IMG/VR virus record: IMGVR_UViG_3300029473_000227
Location: 1 to 24,426 of that record
DNA: 24,426 bases
Source of the DNA: a virus
Lineage: Duplodnaviria > Heunggongvirae > Uroviricota > Caudoviricetes
Direction: 5' to 3' (one strand)
The notes beneath the pieces were generated by a model. That model was not told where the DNA came from, made no database searches, and saw only the letters and a program-made list of their open reading frames with translations. Below are positions 19,652 to 24,426 of this stretch, piece after piece; positions within the stretch are counted from its first letter, which is position 1, and each line of letters begins with the position of its first letter. Both the position numbers and the translations under genes were made by a program.

Positions 19652-21835
19652 AACGTTGTTGTTTCACAACCAAGTCAGTTATTTACTTTAGCTCGCTCGT
19701 TTAAAGCAAATGCTAATGGTAAAATTTATATCGGTAAAATTGACACGGACCCTGTAAACCCTGAAAACCAGATTCAGGTTTATGTGGAGAACGAAGATGG
19801 CTCTCACGTTCCTGTTTCGCAACCAATAATCATTAACGCCGCTGGTTATCCTGTATATAACGGACAGATTGCCAAATTCGTTACCGTGCAAGGCCATTCT
19901 ATGGCTGTGTACGATGCATATGGGGCGCAGCAATTCTATTTTCCTAATGTGCTGAAGTATGACCCTGATCAACTTGAACAGCGATTATCACTGCCTACAG
20001 CACCTGAGATTATAGGGGTATATCCATCAGGTAAATTAGCAGATGTATTAAATGATGTAACCCCGGAGCAATTCGGAGCTATCGGTGATGGGGTTGCTGA
20101 CGATACGCAGGCATTAAAGGCTATGTTTAAATACATCAATGACATGCCGATTTCATTCACAGACACAGCAACAGAACTTAACCCCCACCTGGATGTGGCA
20201 GCAAAACGTGTTGTTTTGCGCGGCCTGTACATGCACACAGAGACAATCTTTATTCCTTCTGGGGTGCAGATTTTCCAGCCTGGATACTCTTATTTCCGCC
20301 GAAACGTGCAGCAAGGTTTTTATTTCAACCCTCCTTCTGGGGAAGAAAACATGGCTGCTGTTGGTACTTATGTTTATTTGAAGTCCGGTAATACCTGGTA
20401 TCTTAATTCTGACCCAATGTTACTTCCACAGGGCGCACAGATAGATAATGGCACTATCCGCACAGGAGCTAGACACATTGATATTGAGAATCTTAGTATC
20501 ATTACCAAGCCTGGAACCTTGCTTGGTTTACGCTGGTTAGGTGCAGCAGGATGCACAACTCGCAATCTAAGTATTGGTGAGAACACACCAAACAGCACAG
20601 CATCAACCGCCAGAATTCCTAAGGTTGGTATGCTTCACAGTATTGCTTGGGGCAGTGTTCACACAACACCTAAGATTCTATACAAAACTCAAGGTGCTGT
20701 TTTCTACGAGCAAAACGGTGGTTCTGAGGTGAAAAACGCTTACATTGCTCGTCTTGGGCAGGATTCAACTTATTCAGAACAGGTAATTTATAAACCGGAA
20801 GATTTTGACGAAACCGGCGATGTCGCAATTACACAGTACGGGCGCAGTTCTGTGCAGTTCAGGTATTGTGTAACAGAAACATGCTCATTCATGTATGTTA
20901 ACCAGGGTGATGCAAGAAGTAACGGCGGACTTAAGGTTGACGGTTGTCACATGGAAGCCACGGATGGTAAGGCGAAACATTGTTTCTATATTATCAACTC
21001 AGACGCTGATATTCGATTAAACGGTCTGTTTATCCAGGATAGCTCCATTCCTTCCAGTAGCGTGATTTTTGTTAAAAATTGCCAGAAGGGAAGAAGTGTA
21101 ATTGATGTTCACGGATACATGATGTTCAACGGTTACCGATTGCTGGACGGGGAAAACTCTGGAGAAGTCGTAAACTTACGTAACCCAAACGGCGGTCAAT
21201 ACCAATACGGAAAGCTCGGCAAATGGTCGCTGGTTAATGAAGTTACCGGCGTTTCTCCTCAGACTTTGTACATTGATCCGGTTAACGGAGATGACGAAAA
21301 CTGGGGTTTCCACAGCGGAAAAACGCTAAAAACGTTAACTTATGCCGCCAAAATCTGCCGCATGTTTGGTGTAACCGATATCTATACTAACGCAGGTAGT
21401 ATTACATTAACTGCGGATACGGACCTGCCTTCTGCCACGATTCGTGGCGCTGGTGGGATCGTGTGTAACGCAAACGGGAGCTTAGTTGCCTCACGTAAAA
21501 CCAATGTGAACCTGACTCTAGCTGATGGGGTAACAAGCCCTGCTGGTTACCATCTCATAAAGATAAACACTACGGAGCCCGTCGTCGTAGTATCTACCTG
21601 CGATATGACCACAACAACTGCCGCGAACATATTTCTTTTCCAGTCGAACGGTAATGTTGAATGGACGCATAGGGCCGGTGGTGGTCTGGCGTGTTATCGT
21701 TATGCAGGCACTCAGTCAGCAACATATTCGGCAGTGATTGGTTTGAATATCAGGTCTACAACCAGACCAGCTATAGATTCGACACCTGTATCTGGTAATG
21801 TTGTTACTAAATACTCTTCTATTTTGAAATCTTAA
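19625..21835 (+). CDS. tailspike protein: conserved P22/HK620-type head-binding domain plus divergent beta-helix receptor-binding domain
   Basis: 736 aa; residues about 10-116 ([11 protein letters not shown]...NVLKYDPDQ) match the P22/HK620 tailspike N-terminal domain from memory; the rest is unlike P22. Start may be ATG 19634, which restores P22 spacing before NVVVS; neither ATG has a good SD. Confidence 0.88.
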   Translation: MFIMPEQLYNVVVSQPSQLFTLARSFKANANGKIYIGKIDTDPVNPENQIQVYVENEDGSHVPVSQPIIINAAGYPVYNGQIAKFVTVQGHSMAVYDAYGAQQFYFPNVLKYDPDQLEQRLSLPTAPEIIGVYPSGKLADVLNDVTPEQFGAIGDGVADDTQALKAMFKYINDMPISFTDTATELNPHLDVAAKRVVLRGLYMHTETIFIPSGVQIFQPGYSYFRRNVQQGFYFNPPSGEENMAAVGTYVYLKSGNTWYLNSDPMLLPQGAQIDNGTIRTGARHIDIENLSIITKPGTLLGLRWLGAAGCTTRNLSIGENTPNSTASTARIPKVGMLHSIAWGSVHTTPKILYKTQGAVFYEQNGGSEVKNAYIARLGQDSTYSEQVIYKPEDFDETGDVAITQYGRSSVQFRYCVTETCSFMYVNQGDARSNGGLKVDGCHMEATDGKAKHCFYIINSDADIRLNGLFIQDSSIPSSSVIFVKNCQKGRSVIDVHGYMMFNGYRLLDGENSGEVVNLRNPNGGQYQYGKLGKWSLVNEVTGVSPQTLYIDPVNGDDENWGFHSGKTLKTLTYAAKICRMFGVTDIYTNAGSITLTADTDLPSATIRGAGGIVCNANGSLVASRKTNVNLTLADGVTSPAGYHLIKINTTEPVVVVSTCDMTTTTAANIFLFQSNGNVEWTHRAGGGLACYRYAGTQSATYSAVIGLNIRSTTRPAIDSTPVSGNVVTKYSSILKS

Positions 21836-22024
21836 AAATATATCCCCAGTAGGGGCTATATAAATTTAACATTTATTTAATCAATGAGTTCTAAAAGGCA
21901 TGAAGTCTATCATCCAAGTCTCAATCGATCGATACTTGCTGTGGTTGATGAGACAAAACTGAGACAAACAAAGCTTTGCATCGGTTTGCAAGGCTTTGTG
22001 CTATTCGATAGTTGTTAAGGTGGT

Positions 22025-23182
22025 TCACTCCACCTTCTCATCAAGCCAGTCCGCCCACCACTGCATCATTTCTCTGCGCTTATCGAGATACTGAGCATGG
22101 TTGTAAATTCCGCGCACAGATCCGCCGTTGGCATGTGCCAGTTGCACTTCAATAGCGTCAGCAGGCCATTCGTGCTCGTTCATAACCGTGCTGAATTCAT
22201 GCCTGAATCCGTGACCGCTTTCCAGACCCTCATAGCCGATTTGTTTGATCACAAGCAATACCGCATTCTCGCAGATTGGCTTCTTCTTATCGTTGCGCCC
22301 GGCAAAAACAAACTCTGATACTGGTTTAGTGATGGAGCTTAGCGTAGTGAGAAGTTCAACCACCTGGTCTGACATAGGAACCACATGAATTTTGCGTCCC
22401 TTCATCACACTGGCGTCGATGGTGATAATCCTGTTTTCAAAATCGACGTTCTTCCATTGCATGGAACGAAGCTCTTTCGTTCTTAGGGCTGTGTAGCGCA
22501 AAACTTTAGTCGCAATGAGCGATACGATACTTCCTGAAAATGTTGCCAGTGCTTTATTGAATGCCGGGATCTGGTCTGCAGGAAGAAACGGGAAGTTTTT
22601 CTTGCGGTATCCCTTCATGGCGTCAGCAAGGTCAGGTGCCGGGTTATATTTAGCCCTACCAGTGACAATAGCGTAACGGAAAACCTCGCCGCATCTTCTG
22701 CGGGCTTTATTTGCTCGCTCCATTGCACCGCGATCTTCAAATCTGCGGATTACTTCCAGCAGTTGCATCGGCTCAATCTCCTGAATTTCAAGGCCGCCGA
22801 TGATAGGTAAAATGTCGTCATCAAACATTTTTGCAAGTTCAGTCGCATACCCTACTGACCATACTTGCTTCTTGTGCTCGTACCATTCCTTGTAAATCGC
22901 ACTAAAGGAATTGTTGTTAGACGAAGCCTTTTTCGCCTTTACCGGATCGATGCCAACCGAGATGTCTTTCCTCGCAGTCCATGCCTTATCCCTTGCCTCC
23001 TGCAAAGTCATTAGCGGATATTTTCCTACGGTCAGGATTTTCTCCTTACCGTCAATCTTGTAGCGAAGCTGCCATACCTTTTTCCCGGATACAGGGACAT
23101 AAAGGTACAGGCCATTACCATCGAGAAGGCGGTATGGTTTTTCTTTCGGCTTTGCTGCTTCAATCTGCTTAACGGTGAGCAT
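22025..23182 (-). CDS. intS: tyrosine integrase (P4-type, IntS-like)
   Basis: 385 aa from ATG 23182 (MLTVKQIEAAKPKEKPYRLLDGNGLYLYV...); C-terminal catalytic region with ...HGFRHEF...LAHANGGSVRGIYNHAQY; adjacent to tRNA-Arg. The ORF-track GTG start at 23218 is considered less likely. Confidence 0.9.
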   Translation of the reverse strand: MLTVKQIEAAKPKEKPYRLLDGNGLYLYVPVSGKKVWQLRYKIDGKEKILTVGKYPLMTLQEARDKAWTARKDISVGIDPVKAKKASSNNNSFSAIYKEWYEHKKQVWSVGYATELAKMFDDDILPIIGGLEIQEIEPMQLLEVIRRFEDRGAMERANKARRRCGEVFRYAIVTGRAKYNPAPDLADAMKGYRKKNFPFLPADQIPAFNKALATFSGSIVSLIATKVLRYTALRTKELRSMQWKNVDFENRIITIDASVMKGRKIHVVPMSDQVVELLTTLSSITKPVSEFVFAGRNDKKKPICENAVLLVIKQIGYEGLESGHGFRHEFSTVMNEHEWPADAIEVQLAHANGGSVRGIYNHAQYLDKRREMMQWWADWLDEKVE

Positions 23183-23343
23183 GGGTAAAAATCCGGTGGG
23201 TAAAATTATTTTATCCACTTTTTACCCGTCACGGAGTGCGGCTGTCAACGATCTGAAGCGAACCATGACGAACTGTGAATCTACGGAAGGCTTGATATTC
23301 AGGGGATTTTGCGGACTAGTACGGATGGGAGAGAACTGATAAA

Positions 23344-23418
23344 TGGTGTCCCCTGCAGGAATCGAACCTGCAATTAGCCCTTAGGAGGGGCTCGTTATAT
23401 CCATTTAACTAAGAGGAC
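23344..23418 (-). tRNA. argW: tRNA-Arg (anticodon CCU), argW-like; prophage attachment site
   Basis: Reverse complement reads GTCCTCTTAGTTAAATGGATATAACGAGCCCCTCCTAAGGGCTAATTGCAGGTTCGATTCCTGCAGGGGACACCA (75 nt, CCA end, T-loop GGTTCGATTCC), matching E. coli argW as recalled. Confidence 0.9.
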
Positions 23419-23493
23419 AATGCGGCATGAGTATACCCGCTAATGGAGTGCGGGGTAAGTACGCTGCCGCTCGATTGCTTAAACCCTCGCCAT

Positions 23494-24426
23494 TTATGCC
23501 GGGTTTTTATAATTTTTCTTAATGTTTTCCGCACGTTCTGCTTTTTGGCGTGCTTCTGCTTTACGCTTATTGCTCATGTCGTTACGAATCTGTGCATGAC
23601 TCATTAACGCGAAGATAAAGGTGCCGCCGCAGATGTTCCCCGCTAAAGTAGGTAGTGCGAAGGGCCAGATGAAATCGCTCCAGTGCAGCGTACCGTTAAA
23701 CACCAGATAGAGGATTTCAACAGAACCGACCACGATATGGGTGGTGTCACCCAGGGCAATAAGCCAGGTCATCAATATAATCACCACAATCTTTGCCGCA
23801 CCCGCTGCAGGAAACATCCAAACCATAGTGGCGATCAGCCAGCCGGAAATGATCGCGTTGGCAAACATCTCGCTGGGGGTGTTCTTCATCACATCCATGC
23901 CGATTTTGACAAATGCATCGCGAGTTTCTTCATTGAAGATAGGCATATATTCAAATGCCCACGCCGCAATACCTGTCCCGAGAATATTACCCAGCAGCAC
24001 GACGCCCCATAACCGTATAAGTAAGCCGACGTTGCTCATTGTCGGTTTTTGCATGACGGGTAGTACCGCAGTCACGGTATTTTCGGTAAATAATTGCTGG
24101 CGGGCCATAATGACGATAATAAAACCAAAGGTATAACCGAGATTCTCCAGCAAGAAGCTGCCCGGCACACCTTCCAGTTCGACATGAAATATCCCTTTTG
24201 CCAGTAACGAAGCGCCCATCGACAGACCCGCCGCAATGGCTGACCACAGTAGCGCCATTGCGTCGCGTTCCAGCTCTTTTTCACCATCCTGGCGGATATG
24301 CTCATGAATTGCCATCGCCCGGGAGGGGAGTCGGTCTTCATCTATTTCTATTTTTTTGCCGCGCTCTTTTTCTTCGCTCTCAACTTCAATTTCGTCGCTG
24401 TGTTGATCAATTTTGTCGTTGTCCAT
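23494..24426 (-). CDS. yfdC: inner-membrane formate/nitrite-transporter-family protein (YfdC-like), host chromosome
   Basis: 310 aa polytopic membrane protein; in E. coli K-12, yfdC flanks argW and intS; complete ORF with ATG at the window end. Confidence 0.75.
   Translation of the reverse strand: MDNDKIDQHSDEIEVESEEKERGKKIEIDEDRLPSRAMAIHEHIRQDGEKELERDAMALLWSAIAAGLSMGASLLAKGIFHVELEGVPGSFLLENLGYTFGFIIVIMARQQLFTENTVTAVLPVMQKPTMSNVGLLIRLWGVVLLGNILGTGIAAWAFEYMPIFNEETRDAFVKIGMDVMKNTPSEMFANAIISGWLIATMVWMFPAAGAAKIVVIILMTWLIALGDTTHIVVGSVEILYLVFNGTLHWSDFIWPFALPTLAGNICGGTFIFALMSHAQIRNDMSNKRKAEARQKAERAENIKKNYKNPA

Larger units (their letters stand above)
1..23343. mobile_element. P22-like prophage, right arm (lysis genes through integrase); left end lies outside the window
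   Basis: Contiguous P22-type gene order and protein lengths, immI module, and tRNA-adjacent integrase. The right boundary is inferred at the tRNA-Arg 3' end; the exact att core was not determined. Confidence 0.85.

Noticed and set aside
23683-24341. Several plus- and minus-strand ORFs of 86-131 aa inside the yfdC region
   Set aside because: All are nested within or antisense to the 310-aa polytopic membrane-protein ORF, which has the coherent hydrophobic profile.
1-24426. CRISPR arrays, rRNA genes, IS elements or a second tRNA
   Set aside because: No regularly spaced direct repeats, rRNA-like segments or transposase ORFs with terminal inverted repeats were seen on inspection; the only tRNA-like sequence is the argW-like gene.

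Overview
This window is the right arm of an integrated P22-like (Lederbergvirus-type, HK620/Sf6-like) podovirus prophage in an Escherichia/Shigella-type chromosome, ending at tRNA-Arg (argW-like) and the host gene yfdC. All calls rest on reading the sequence and recalling protein families from memory; no database search was run. Plus-strand order: Rz/Rz1 spanins, an accessory (moron) block (Rha plus four to five small ORFs), then the full morphogenetic operon with P22-matching gene lengths (terS, terL, portal, scaffold, coat, gp4, gp10, gp26 needle, gp14, gp7, gp20, gp16). Next come a two-gene AT-rich cassette in the sieA position, a complete immI module (mnt, Omnt/Oarc, arc, ant), an HNH-AP2 homing endonuclease, a mosaic tailspike, a tyrosine integrase and the tRNA. 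The most notable observations: (1) the HNH cassette sits inside the first codons of the tailspike gene, stranding the ancestral RBS and start (MTDIT) about 520 bp upstream; (2) a translationally coupled cluster upstream of terS encodes an HExxH (ImmA/IrrE-like) protein with small partners; (3) a divergent small membrane protein and PEGA-like lipoprotein pair is a candidate superinfection-exclusion module. No CRISPR array or rRNA was seen.
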